Assembly (NCBI GenBank): GCA_963765495.1
Contig: CAVXWP010000007.1
Location: forward strand, 416,001 to 480,000
Direction of reading: 5' to 3'
DNA from: Blastocatellia bacterium
Lineage (GTDB): Bacteria; Acidobacteriota; Blastocatellia; UBA7656
Length of the DNA: 64,000 nucleotides
Of the stretch, positions 1 through 9,262 are shown in pieces (positions within the stretch are counted from its first letter, which is position 1; each line of letters starts with the position of its first letter). A program made the position numbers and the translations under genes. Below the pieces are notes generated by a model that ran no database searches, was not told where the DNA came from, and worked only from the letters and a program-made list of their open reading frames with translations.

Positions 1-154
1 AACCGCCCGGCTCGGAAAGCCGCGCCGAAAGAGCAGCAAACGCTTTATGGTCTTTCGAGGCTTCGGCAAGCCGGGAGGCCGCCGCGCTCATCATCAGGAC
101 CATTAACAGATTTGCAACTATAAACCGTTTCAAGAAGTACTTTCTCCTGTTCAT
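1..154 (-). CDS. 5' part of a secreted conserved hypothetical protein (runs off the window), probably the next gene of the MoxR operon
   Basis: Manual translation from ATG at 154: MNRRKYFLKRFIVANLLMVLMMSAAASRLAEASKDHKAFAALSARLSEPGG. Signal-peptide-like N-terminus; GGAG RBS upstream; open to the window edge. Confidence 0.7.
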   Translation of the reverse strand, partial: MNRRKYFLKRFIVANLLMVLMMSAAASRLAEASKDHKAFAALSARLSEPGG

Positions 155-197
155 TCCCATCTCCCGTTAGTCGAAACCGCCCGGGACGGCTGCGCGA

Positions 198-3100
198 TCA
201 TTCAGGCTGCGTTTGAGCCGAGCGCACCGCCAGGCGGCGATAATAATCTTCGATCATTTTACGATAGCGGTCGGGCGCATCTCCATCGCTGAATGCGCCT
301 GCCCCGTTGTTGCCCAGTTTGGCCTGGAGCTTTCTGGCCAGTTCCAGTTCCAACTGCCTGAGCGGGTCAATGACTTCATTCTTTAACAGAGCCAGTTGCG
401 ACGGATCGCTGAAGGCGTTCGGGTTCAGCTTGCGCAACTGCTCGATGGCGCGATCAAGGCTGCGAGCAAGTTCGGGGTTGCGACCAAGCTGACGGCGGAG
501 TTCTTCGGCCTCTTTGATACGCTGGCGAAGCTCGCTTTCAATCTGACGCGCACCACCGGAGGGTGGGCCGCCGCCCATCGTCGGGTTCTCGCTATCGCTG
601 AAACTATTACCCGGCTGGCTCGATTGTTGCCCCGGTTGTTGTCCCGCTTGCTGTCCGGGTTGCTGCCCCGCCTGCTGTCCCTGTTGACCCTGACCCTGCT
701 TTCCTTGCTGCCCCTGCTGACCTTTTTGTTGTCCCTGTTGTTGTCCTTGCTGCTTTCCTTGCTGCCCCTGTTGGCCTTGCTGTTGTCCCTGTTGTTGTCC
801 TTGTTGCCCACCCTGTTGATTTTGCTGACCTGATTGTTGTTGACCTGATTGTTGTTGACCGCCGGCTTGTTGCCCGCTCTGTTGCTGTCCCTGTTGCCCA
901 TCCTGTTGCTGGCCGTTTTGCGATTGCTGGCCTTGCTCTTTGCCCGATTGAGACTCTTGCTGCCCACGACCCGATTCGAGTTTGCGGCGCAGCGAATCGA
1001 GACTGTCGGCCAGTTCGCGGGCGCGGTTGAGAGCCTCTTCCATGCTCTCGCCCTCGGTAGGCTGGCTCGCGCCGTTTTCAGCCGCCTGCAAGTTTTTCAG
1101 AACCTCTTCGATGTTGCCCCGGATGGTGCGCTCGCGGTCGCGCGCCTGATCGTACCAGCCGTTTTCGATAAACTGATTGTTCTGGCGTATGCGGTCGGGA
1201 ATGCGATTCCGGCGGATTGCGTTGGCCGCGTCTCGCATCTTGTCGGCCGCCTGTTTTCTATCCTGTCCCATTCCGCGAGCCGCCTGATCTATGTCGCTTT
1301 CAAGCCCGGCCATCTGATCGGCGAGCGCCTCTTTTCGCTCGGCCAGTTGCTGTTTTTGTTCGTCGCTCGCCTCGCCTCCTTCGCCCTTCTGCTCGGCGCG
1401 GGCAAGCTCGTCCACCTTGCGCGAAATCTCTTCCTGACGCTTGAGAGCATCCTCGGCCTGTTTGCGAAGACGCCCGGCGTTTTGCTGCCCGCCTGTCCTT
1501 TGATTCGATTCCAGCGACTTGCGCGCCTGCTCCATCCGCTCAAGCGCCCGCAGCGATTGCGCGGCAGATTCGGTCCCGTTCTGCGATTGAGACGAAGCCT
1601 GCGCGCGCTGCATCTCATCGGCGGCCTGCTGCATCTGGCGCGCGGCCTCGGCCAGCTTGGGATCGCGGCGTTCACGAGACAATCGCTCAAGCTCGCGTGC
1701 CGCCTTTTGCGCCTCGTCGATCATCTCCTGTTGCTGGCGCGCAGAGCCGCCGCCGCCGCCGTTCTGCTGCATCTGCGAGCGCATCTTCTGTTCGAGTTGC
1801 TGCTGTTGTCGGCGGGCGAGTTCTTCGAGCTTTCTTGCGATCTCGTCCTGTTTCTGATCCTGTTTTGTCTGCTGTTCGCGCTGAACGGTTTCGTACTGAT
1901 TCTTCATCTTGTCGAGTTGCAGTTCAAAAAGATCGGCAAGATTCTGCTCGTCCTGATTGCCTCCGCCTCCGCCTTCGCCTCCGCCCTGCGCGATCTGTAT
2001 GTCGCGGAATATGGCCTCGGCCCTGAGCAGTTGTTGAAGCGCGCGCTGTTCGGGCGACAGAGCTTCCTGCGCCTTGCGCCCTTTTAGCTCTCCCGTAGCC
2101 GCGTCCATCTCTTTGGCGGCCTGCGTCAGATACTCGACCAGTTTGGCGAAATCCGGCTGAGAGTTGAGTTGCTCGCCCAGACGACGACGTATGCGTTCGG
2201 CCAGAGCTTCGGCGTCTGCCTTGAGCTTTTCCTGGCTCAATGTGACCGCGCCGAAATTCTCTTCCTTTTCTTCGGGCGTATAATCAATCGCCTCGCGCTG
2301 AACGCGGAAGGTAGCGGCTATCACCTGTCGCTGGCGTCTGGTGAGGGCGCTTGAATCCTGATCGTCCCCGCCGCCGCCGCCCTGCTGTTGCGCCTGCCGG
2401 AAGGCCCGGTCAAAGGGGCGCACTTCGAGAAAGTATATATCGCTTGTAGATTCGCGCCCGCCATCCGCGCCGTTGTCTCGCGCCTTGGCGTAGTAAGAGA
2501 TAAAATCGCCCGCCTGCAAGCCGTACTCTTCGAGGAAGAAGGTATGCGCGCCCGAAAGCGCGCGAGGCGAATCGCTCTTGATGTCCTGCAATTGAACCTT
2601 TTGTTCCGGCCCGCCGTTGACCGAAAAATAAAGCTCTATGGCCGTCACGCCGTAATCGTCTTCGGCGCGCGCCTGCGCGAAGACCTCCTGAATGCTTGTG
2701 ACCTTCATATCGCGGCCCGGCTTGTCTATCGTGACCGTGGGCGGATGATCGTCGAGCACCGTCACATCATATTCGTTCGAGCCGTTGTATCGTTCTCCGT
2801 CTGCGCTTGTAAGCTCTATCTTATAAGTCCCGTTTTCTTTGACCGGAAATTCTCCGATAAAGACATTATCCGGCCCGGCGGTCATATCATATTTCGAGCC
2901 GTCCTGCATCACTATGCGGGCCGAGCCCGCCGCGTTGCTCAGATGAGCAAAGACCTCGACGCGCGTGCCTTTTAGCGCCGCCACTTCGCCGCCGCCTTCG
3001 ATCTTCTTGCTTGCGAGCCGCGTATAAGACGGGAAATTTAGTACCAGATCTATCTGTTTGACAAAAGGCAGGTCGGCGACTTCGAGCGTGAACTCGGGCG

Positions 3101-3905
3101 AGCGGATGCCGTTCGATTCGACATAATAGATGACCGAATCCTGAATGTTGAATATGAGGTGCTGAAATTCTCCCGCGCTTTTTGCCGGTTCCATCGAAGA
3201 GGCCATCCAGCTATCGCCGTCGAGCTTGCGAATAAAGACCTGGGCAAGCTCGGAATCAAACCCTTGCAGCGCGGCCTTGATCTTCTGATCCGAGCCGCGA
3301 GGCACACGCGAAGTGCCGGGGCTTACATTGATAAACATGGAGCTGGCCGAGGCATTGCTGCCGAGCGGGGAATAAAGAGCAGAGATCCCGCCCGATATTG
3401 ACGAGGGGCCTGCGAAGAAGAGCCCCAGAAGCGACAGGAGGACAAGCCCCGCGCCTGCGCCATAGGCGATTGCGTGACGCGGGTCAACGACCCTGTCCAG
3501 GTCGAGCGAAGAGCTTCGCTCCCCGACATCCTGGACCAGACGATCTACTATGGCGGGGGAAGCCCGCCGCGCATCAGGCGTATACTCGACGGCGGTCACG
3601 AGCCTGTCATCGAGACGGCTTTTTTCTTCGATCAGACGGGCGATGCGATGGTCGCTTATCTTCGCCTTGAGCGGCCTGATGATGAAATACCACGCCGAAA
3701 GGGCTATCAGGATGAGAGGCATTATACGCAACGCAATCAGGACGGACGATCTATTGCTGAATTGATCGGCTGTTGCCGCCGCCGCTATGAGCGAGACCAT
3801 TGCGACCCCGACCGTGATGGCCACACCACGCAAAGCCAGCCGCGTTTTGATCCGCGCGCGAACCTGATTGATCAATTCATTGAGGCTCAAATGCTGAGGA
3901 TTCAT
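198..3905 (-). CDS. DUF4175-like membrane-anchored protein: 3 N-terminal TM helices, Ig-like domains, long coiled coil, Gln/Gly-rich tail
   Basis: ORF 198..4043; ATG at 3905 is preceded by a GGGAGGAAGG RBS. Motifs AEDDYGV, GDFISYYAKARDN and C-terminal YRKMIEDYYRRL; typical MoxR/DUF58/BatA context. Confidence 0.8.
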   Translation of the reverse strand: MNPQHLSLNELINQVRARIKTRLALRGVAITVGVAMVSLIAAAATADQFSNRSSVLIALRIMPLILIALSAWYFIIRPLKAKISDHRIARLIEEKSRLDDRLVTAVEYTPDARRASPAIVDRLVQDVGERSSSLDLDRVVDPRHAIAYGAGAGLVLLSLLGLFFAGPSSISGGISALYSPLGSNASASSMFINVSPGTSRVPRGSDQKIKAALQGFDSELAQVFIRKLDGDSWMASSMEPAKSAGEFQHLIFNIQDSVIYYVESNGIRSPEFTLEVADLPFVKQIDLVLNFPSYTRLASKKIEGGGEVAALKGTRVEVFAHLSNAAGSARIVMQDGSKYDMTAGPDNVFIGEFPVKENGTYKIELTSADGERYNGSNEYDVTVLDDHPPTVTIDKPGRDMKVTSIQEVFAQARAEDDYGVTAIELYFSVNGGPEQKVQLQDIKSDSPRALSGAHTFFLEEYGLQAGDFISYYAKARDNGADGGRESTSDIYFLEVRPFDRAFRQAQQQGGGGGDDQDSSALTRRQRQVIAATFRVQREAIDYTPEEKEENFGAVTLSQEKLKADAEALAERIRRRLGEQLNSQPDFAKLVEYLTQAAKEMDAATGELKGRKAQEALSPEQRALQQLLRAEAIFRDIQIAQGGGEGGGGGNQDEQNLADLFELQLDKMKNQYETVQREQQTKQDQKQDEIARKLEELARRQQQQLEQKMRSQMQQNGGGGGSARQQQEMIDEAQKAARELERLSRERRDPKLAEAARQMQQAADEMQRAQASSQSQNGTESAAQSLRALERMEQARKSLESNQRTGGQQNAGRLRKQAEDALKRQEEISRKVDELARAEQKGEGGEASDEQKQQLAERKEALADQMAGLESDIDQAARGMGQDRKQAADKMRDAANAIRRNRIPDRIRQNNQFIENGWYDQARDRERTIRGNIEEVLKNLQAAENGASQPTEGESMEEALNRARELADSLDSLRRKLESGRGQQESQSGKEQGQQSQNGQQQDGQQGQQQSGQQAGGQQQSGQQQSGQQNQQGGQQGQQQGQQQGQQGQQGKQQGQQQGQQKGQQGQQGKQGQGQQGQQAGQQPGQQAGQQPGQQSSQPGNSFSDSENPTMGGGPPSGGARQIESELRQRIKEAEELRRQLGRNPELARSLDRAIEQLRKLNPNAFSDPSQLALLKNEVIDPLRQLELELARKLQAKLGNNGAGAFSDGDAPDRYRKMIEDYYRRLAVRSAQTQPE
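620..960 (-). repeat. Low-complexity CAG/CAA/GGG repeats encoding a QQGQQ-type linker
   Basis: Runs of ctgttg/ttgtccctg on the + strand; translation GQQGQQQGQQQGQQGQQGKQQG. Confidence 0.9.
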
Positions 3906-3994
3906 GATACCTTCCTCCCTGAAGCCGGACTGATTTCCACTGTGATTAGTTTCGAGTATAGTGCCTAAACGATTACGACACCATCGTATCCAGG

Positions 3995-4157
3995 GCTGTT
4001 GCAAAATCGGGTGTGAATGTAGGGGCAGCCCGAATGAGTACATTTATTGTGGCTGCCCGAATCCGTCGTAAGCGCGATGGCAGTCATCGCCCTTCGGGCG
4101 ATTCGGGCAGGGACAAGCCCTGCCCCTACTATAAATGTCATCCTACCTTGCAACAGC
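3995..4157. mobile_element. REP doublet (REPIN/BIME-like) inside a 10-bp inverted repeat; non-autonomous element
   Basis: GCTGTTGCAA (3995-4004) pairs with TTGCAACAGC (4148-4157). Inside are GTAGGGGCAGCC...GGCTGCCC (4019-4058, +) and GTAGGGGCAGGGCTTGTCCCTGCCC (4105-4129, -), with a central cTTCGg hairpin. Confidence 0.7.
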
Positions 4158-4185
4158 TTTGCCATTGTATTTGGAATGATAAAAA

Positions 4186-6225
4186 TCATCCAATCAACTT
4201 TGCAATTCGTATGCGGCGAGCCATCAGGGCTTCGGCCAGGAACAGGGCAAGCGCCGCAATCAACAGCGGAAGCCACAACCGCTGGCGAGACTCGATCTCT
4301 TCGGCGCTCAGTCGCTCGCCCTGAAATGGCTGCCCGTTTTGATTGCCCGGTCCCGGGGTAACGCTTGCGATGAATTCATCTACGCTGAGTTTTGCCAGGT
4401 CCGACTCTTTCGTATCCAGATTCACCGCCACGTTCTCGACGGTTGTGCGATAGCGGAGGCGATAAAATCCCTGCTCGCTTGCCGGGATGGAAAGCTCGCC
4501 TGTTGCGGTCCGGCGCGCGTCTTCGATGCGCCCGCCCGCCGGATTTTCAACCAGAGGCAACGCTCCTTCCGCATCGGGAGAGGCCGCAAACATCTGCCCT
4601 ATGATGTATGAAGAAGCGGTCTCGCGCCCGCCGAGATATTCGAGCGTCTGGCGCACGAGCGGCAAATACATCGGCGTGAGCGGCAGATCATTCCACGCCG
4701 TATCGAGCGTGGTCGTCACAAGCAAGACCTTGCCGCTTCCGGCCGTTCCTTCGATTATCAGGGGGCTGCCGTCATCGAGCGCCGCGATTACCGATGTCCC
4801 TTCTTTAGCCGTAGCGCGATGATATGCATAGACTCGCGTAGAGGCCAGACGCCCGCCTTTTGCAAACGCGCTAAAGATCGGATGGTCCATCTTGACCTGA
4901 CTCATCAAGGCGTAGCTGCCACGGGTTTGAACGATCTCGCCGAGTTCGGCAGGCGCAATGGCCGCGAATGCGCGATTAAAACCGGTCGCTTCGGCGTGCT
5001 TGCCCGCCGCGAGGATCAATCCGCCGCCGCGCTCGGCAAAAGCCTTAAGCGCCGTGGCGAGCGCATCGCTTATGTCGGCCACGTCGTTGACTATCACTAC
5101 CTGATAAGAATCAAGCTCGGCCGGGTTGACGCTGCCCGCCGTCTTTATCGTGAGCGCGTGCCGGTTGTTTTCTCCGGCGAGCAACGCCTGTTGAAGGAAA
5201 AAACTCTCGCTGCGCCCGCGCGAGGCTGTCTCAATCGCAAGCACCTTCGATTGATTATCGCGCGTGAGAGTGAAGAAATATTTGTCGTCGAGGGGGAACT
5301 GATCTCCGGCTATTTCGACCGTAGCGCGGTTCGAGCCTTCCGGCACATTGAAGCCCGAAAACTCTATCGTTTCGCTCGCTCCCGGTCCGAGATTTATGGG
5401 CCGTCGTTCGACCGTAAGGTCGTTGAGCTTGAAATCTACGGCCACATCCCGCGCATCGTTTGAGCCGAAATTGGTCACGCGAGCTACCACCTTGCCCGCG
5501 TATTTCTGCGCATAGATTATCGGCTCGGCCTGAACGCTCGCCACGGCGAGGTTTTCAGGCTTTGATTCCGACACATCGACCGGGATGAGTTGAACGCCCG
5601 GTCTGAGCTTTATGGGTGGAGCGTCGCGGTTCCAGCCCGACTCTTGAAAATCGGAAATCAGGTAGATGCGCCGCTCGCCTCCGGCGTCTTTAAGCACGGA
5701 ATCGGCCGCCTGAATCGCCTGCAAATAATCGGTTGCTTCAAGAGTAGGAGCGGCAGAATCGAGCAAAGCCGAAGCCTGCGCGCGGTCTGCCTTGAGAGGC
5801 ATCAATATGCTGTAGCCCTGTCCGAATTGAATGAGGGCCAGCCGCTCATCTGCCGCCGCCCGGTTGACGATGTCGCGTGCGGCAAGGCGGGCGCGATTGA
5901 ACGTGTCGGCAAACCGCGTGCTGTAAGAGCCGTCAAGCAGGATCACACTGCTCGATTTTCCCGAATCCGAAGCCTGCGCGTTTGTCCCGGTGAAGTAAGG
6001 CCGGGCGAAGGCGAGCGCGAGCAGCATCAGCGCCGCGCACCTCATGGCGAGCAGGAGCAGGTTTCTGAGCTTTCGTTTACGAATGGTCTTTTGCTCGATT
6101 CGGCGCAAAAACATCAGCGACGGAAACTCTATGCGTCGGGCGCGGGTGCGCCTCACCAGATGCACAAGCACCGGGATGCTTGCCGCCATCGCGCCCAACA
6201 AAAAGACTGGATTCAAAAACGCCAT
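4186..6225 (-). CDS. BatA N-terminal double-TM + vWA + Ig/CARDB-like + GATase-like domain protein
   Basis: MAFLNPVFLLG...PVLVHL...FPSLMFL...LLLAMRC...AFARP (BatA signature); MIDAS DGSYS...ISDFQ; C-terminal TM helix. Confidence 0.85.
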   Translation of the reverse strand: MAFLNPVFLLGAMAASIPVLVHLVRRTRARRIEFPSLMFLRRIEQKTIRKRKLRNLLLLAMRCAALMLLALAFARPYFTGTNAQASDSGKSSSVILLDGSYSTRFADTFNRARLAARDIVNRAAADERLALIQFGQGYSILMPLKADRAQASALLDSAAPTLEATDYLQAIQAADSVLKDAGGERRIYLISDFQESGWNRDAPPIKLRPGVQLIPVDVSESKPENLAVASVQAEPIIYAQKYAGKVVARVTNFGSNDARDVAVDFKLNDLTVERRPINLGPGASETIEFSGFNVPEGSNRATVEIAGDQFPLDDKYFFTLTRDNQSKVLAIETASRGRSESFFLQQALLAGENNRHALTIKTAGSVNPAELDSYQVVIVNDVADISDALATALKAFAERGGGLILAAGKHAEATGFNRAFAAIAPAELGEIVQTRGSYALMSQVKMDHPIFSAFAKGGRLASTRVYAYHRATAKEGTSVIAALDDGSPLIIEGTAGSGKVLLVTTTLDTAWNDLPLTPMYLPLVRQTLEYLGGRETASSYIIGQMFAASPDAEGALPLVENPAGGRIEDARRTATGELSIPASEQGFYRLRYRTTVENVAVNLDTKESDLAKLSVDEFIASVTPGPGNQNGQPFQGERLSAEEIESRQRLWLPLLIAALALFLAEALMARRIRIAKLIG

Positions 6226-6258
6226 CAACTATCTTTCAAAATTCCTGAGTGTGTTGCC

Positions 6259-7170
6259 TCATCCAAACTGCGAGCGCCGCGCAAGATAGGCGAAAAGCGA
6301 TGCATCGAGCGGCTCATCCGTCCTGTGCAATTCGTAATCGATGCGATTGCGCGAGGCTCCATCCTTGAGCGCGTCGATGTGCAGACGAACGGCCCGCAGG
6401 TATTCATCGCGCAACACGTCGGGCAGCACGTGCAGTTGCTCTTCGGTCTCGCTGTCTTCGAGCACAAGCGGCTCATCAAAATCGAAATCGAGTTCCTGTC
6501 GGTCCAAAATGTGAAAAACTATGACTTCGTTGCCGCGAAATCTGAGGTGTTCAAGCCCCTCGATAATTCGTTCAGGTTCGTCATAAAGATCGGATATGAG
6601 GACGATGACTCCACGGCGGGTAATCAACTCGGCCGCTTTATGCAGATGATCTGCCAGCGCAGTCCCGCGACCGGGCACAAGCCGCTCGATCAATCCGAGC
6701 ACGGTTCGCAGGTGGCCGGTCCTTGAGCGCGGCGGTATCTGCTCTATCACCTCTTCATCGAAGGCGACGAGTCCGACCGAATCGTGCTGGCGCACGCCGA
6801 GGAATGCCAGCGACGAAGCCAGATACTGTGCGTATTGCAGCTTTGTGACCGCGCCGCTCGCATAGCCCATCGAGGCGCTTGCGTCCACGAGCAGATGTAT
6901 CTGGGCATTCGTATCGCCCTGATATTTCTTGATGTAAAGCCGGTCGGTTCGCGCAAGCAGTTTCCAGTCGAGGTGGCGAAGGTCGTCGCCCGGCATGTAC
7001 TGGCGATGCTCGGCAAAGTCGGTGGAAAAGCCCAGATACGGAGAGCGGTGAAGCCCCGAGATAAAGCCTTCGACAACGGAGCGCGCCACAAGCTCAAGCG
7101 AGTTTATGCGCGCCAGAACTTCGGGGGCGAGAAAGCGCGTGCCTGTTTGTTGTGGAGCTTCTTGAAGCAT
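6259..7170 (-). CDS. DUF58 domain vWA-like protein (MoxR partner)
   Basis: GLHRSPYLGFSTDFAEHRQYMPGDDLRHLDWK; DASASM MIDAS; adjacent to moxR. Confidence 0.92.
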   Translation of the reverse strand: MLQEAPQQTGTRFLAPEVLARINSLELVARSVVEGFISGLHRSPYLGFSTDFAEHRQYMPGDDLRHLDWKLLARTDRLYIKKYQGDTNAQIHLLVDASASMGYASGAVTKLQYAQYLASSLAFLGVRQHDSVGLVAFDEEVIEQIPPRSRTGHLRTVLGLIERLVPGRGTALADHLHKAAELITRRGVIVLISDLYDEPERIIEGLEHLRFRGNEVIVFHILDRQELDFDFDEPLVLEDSETEEQLHVLPDVLRDEYLRAVRLHIDALKDGASRNRIDYELHRTDEPLDASLFAYLARRSQFG

Positions 7171-7187
7171 AACGACCACCTTTTTTT

Positions 7188-7261
7188 ACAGGATTTACAG
7201 GATTCAACAGGATCGTCAAAGAGAATCTCTGGAAATCCAAATAAATCCTGTGAATCCTGTC
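7188..7261. repeat. Imperfect palindrome of tandem ACAGGATT(T) 9-mers
   Basis: acaggatttacaggattcaacaggat ... aaatcctgtgaatcctgtc; begins at the moxR TAG stop. Confidence 0.85.
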
Positions 7262-8283
7262 TAAAGCCCTGATTTCGGCTCAGGGACAGATTCTATCAAC
7301 CGGCGAATCACGTCGTCGGGCTTTACTCTTTCCGACTCGGCGTGGAAGTTCAGCAGTATGCGGTGGCGCAGGATCGGATAGGCCAGCGCGCGTATATCTT
7401 CGACCGACACGTTATAGCGCCCGCTCATCACGGCGCGCGCCTTGCCGCCGAGCACCAGAAACTGCGAGGCGCGCAAACTCGCCCCCCAGTTTACCCAGCG
7501 ACGTATGAAATCGGGCGCGGAGTCGGATACGGGACGGCTCGCCCCTACGAGCCGCACGGCGTAGCGAGTCACGGATTCGGCCACAGGCACTCTGCGAACG
7601 AGACGCTGAAAGGCCAGAATGTCTATACCGCTCACGTTGCGCTCGAAATTGAATTTCTGAATCGAAGTCGTCTGGTTGACCACCTCTACTTCATCGTCTT
7701 CGCTCAAATAGCCGATCTTGATATTGAACATGAATCGGTCGAGCTGGGCTTCGGGCAGAGGGTAGGTGCCTTCCATCTCGATGGGGTTCTGCGTGGCCAG
7801 CACATAGAAAGGTTTGGGCAATTCATAAGTGGTTCCCTGGATAGTAACGCAGCCTTCCTGCATGGCTTCAAGCAAAGCGGCCTGAGTCTTTGGAGGGGTG
7901 CGATTGATTTCATCGGCCAAAATGATGTTGGCAAAAAGCGGCCCGCGAATAAATTCAAGCCTTCGATGACCCGTGGAGCGGTCCTCTTCTATGATATCGG
8001 TTCCGGTGATGTCGGAAGGCATAAGATCGGGTGTGAATTGAATCCGCTTAAAGGACAAATCCAAAACATTTGCTATCGTGCGGATCAGCAATGTCTTTGC
8101 AAGCCCCGGCACGCCCGAGACAAGCGAATGCCCTCCCACAAACAGCGAGATCAACGCCTGATCCACCACCTCGTCCTGCGCGATTATAACCTTGCGCACT
8201 TCGGTCAGAATCTGTTGCCGCGCCGTAATCAGCTTGTCTAATAATTCGTCTTCTCGAATGATGTCTGCCGTATCTATGGCCAT
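7261..8283 (-). CDS. moxR: MoxR-family AAA+ ATPase
   Basis: Walker A GVPGLAKT, RIQFTPDLMPSDITG, Walker B ILADEINRTPPKTQAALLEAMQE, ATQNPIEMEGTYPLPEAQLDRF. Confidence 0.96.
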   Translation of the reverse strand: MAIDTADIIREDELLDKLITARQQILTEVRKVIIAQDEVVDQALISLFVGGHSLVSGVPGLAKTLLIRTIANVLDLSFKRIQFTPDLMPSDITGTDIIEEDRSTGHRRLEFIRGPLFANIILADEINRTPPKTQAALLEAMQEGCVTIQGTTYELPKPFYVLATQNPIEMEGTYPLPEAQLDRFMFNIKIGYLSEDDEVEVVNQTTSIQKFNFERNVSGIDILAFQRLVRRVPVAESVTRYAVRLVGASRPVSDSAPDFIRRWVNWGASLRASQFLVLGGKARAVMSGRYNVSVEDIRALAYPILRHRILLNFHAESERVKPDDVIRRLIESVPEPKSGL

Positions 8284-8368
8284 TCTTGCTCCTGAATCGA
8301 AACCTTTAGTGTCGAGCTATGAGCGATTGATCCGACAACCGCTCACCACTTGTAGCCCGTCGTTTTGC

Positions 8369-9157
8369 TTAGTGCGTCAACGCGTAGAAGACGTAGTTGA
8401 CGCCGAATTTATAAGCGCTGTTTGTATCTTCGATAGGCTGGAACGGATCGTTGGACCACTGCCAATAATCGCTAACGTCATTGTTATAATTTATGATCAT
8501 CATCAACCGGCCGTTCTTGTCTTCGATGCCCAGAAATTCCGGTTTTAACCTGCCGTAAGGCGCTCGCACGTCAAGCGATTTGATCGAAAAAAAGCAGTTG
8601 AATATCGGGTGCGAAACCTCTAGAGGTTTGACCTCGTATTCCGGCAGCGCGCGCTTCAAATAGTACTGAAAATTATCCATATCCCAGGCGCGAAAATCGT
8701 CCACGAGCAGAAACCCGCCTCTGAGCAGGTATTCGCGCATCCCGGCTACCTCTTCGTCCGACAAATCCATGTGCCCGACTTCGCAGAGGTATGCGAGCGG
8801 GTACTTGAACAGATTGGGGTCGGCAAAACTGAAGATGTATTCTTCCTCTTCGGGATAAACTTCAAGCTTCGAAAGCTCGGAAAGTATCTTTATCAAATGC
8901 TGGCCGGCCTCCGGGTAGTCGTGTGACCATGCGGGGCCATGATCGCCAAGATACTCGCCCGGCATCGGCAGCGGGCCGAACTGTATGCGGGCAAATTTGA
9001 AGCGGTCGGATTCGTCTTTGTGCTCGCCCAGTCGATTATCGTTATAGGCAAAGGGGCGAGCCGTACCTTCGGACGCGGACGAAAAGGACGCGGACGAAAA
9101 GGTCGCGGGTACAACCGTCAGAAAAAGCAATATGGCGGTAAAGATGAATCTCGGCAT
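8369..9157 (-). CDS. Secreted DUF4159 domain protein
   Basis: Signal peptide; WSHDYPEA, LREYLLRGGFLLVDDF-type motif, SHPIFNCFF, GVNYVFYALTH. Confidence 0.85.
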   Translation of the reverse strand: MPRFIFTAILLFLTVVPATFSSASFSSASEGTARPFAYNDNRLGEHKDESDRFKFARIQFGPLPMPGEYLGDHGPAWSHDYPEAGQHLIKILSELSKLEVYPEEEEYIFSFADPNLFKYPLAYLCEVGHMDLSDEEVAGMREYLLRGGFLLVDDFRAWDMDNFQYYLKRALPEYEVKPLEVSHPIFNCFFSIKSLDVRAPYGRLKPEFLGIEDKNGRLMMIINYNNDVSDYWQWSNDPFQPIEDTNSAYKFGVNYVFYALTH

Positions 9158-9171
9158 ACTACCTCGGTAAA

Positions 9172-9262
9172 TTTAAGTTTTGAGTTTTAAGTTTTGAGTT
9201 TTGAGTTTTGAATTGAAACCTGAAATTCAAAACTCAAAACTTAAAACTCAAAACTTAAAACT
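9172..9262. repeat. Palindrome of tandem TTTTGAG/TTTTAAG heptamers
   Basis: About 6 heptamers (9172-9214), a short loop, then CTCAAAA/CTTAAAA heptamers (9224-9262) overlapping the TAG of the upstream TPR gene. Confidence 0.92.

Noticed and set aside
849-2087. 412-aa + strand ORF and other long antisense ORFs (e.g. 5590-6726, 16653-17819, 20972-21940, 32105-33016)
   Set aside because: Shadows of well-supported genes on the opposite strand in GC-rich DNA; no motifs or RBS.
9172-9262. Heptamer arrays as a possible CRISPR
   Set aside because: Units are 7 nt with no unique spacers, and there are no cas genes in the window.
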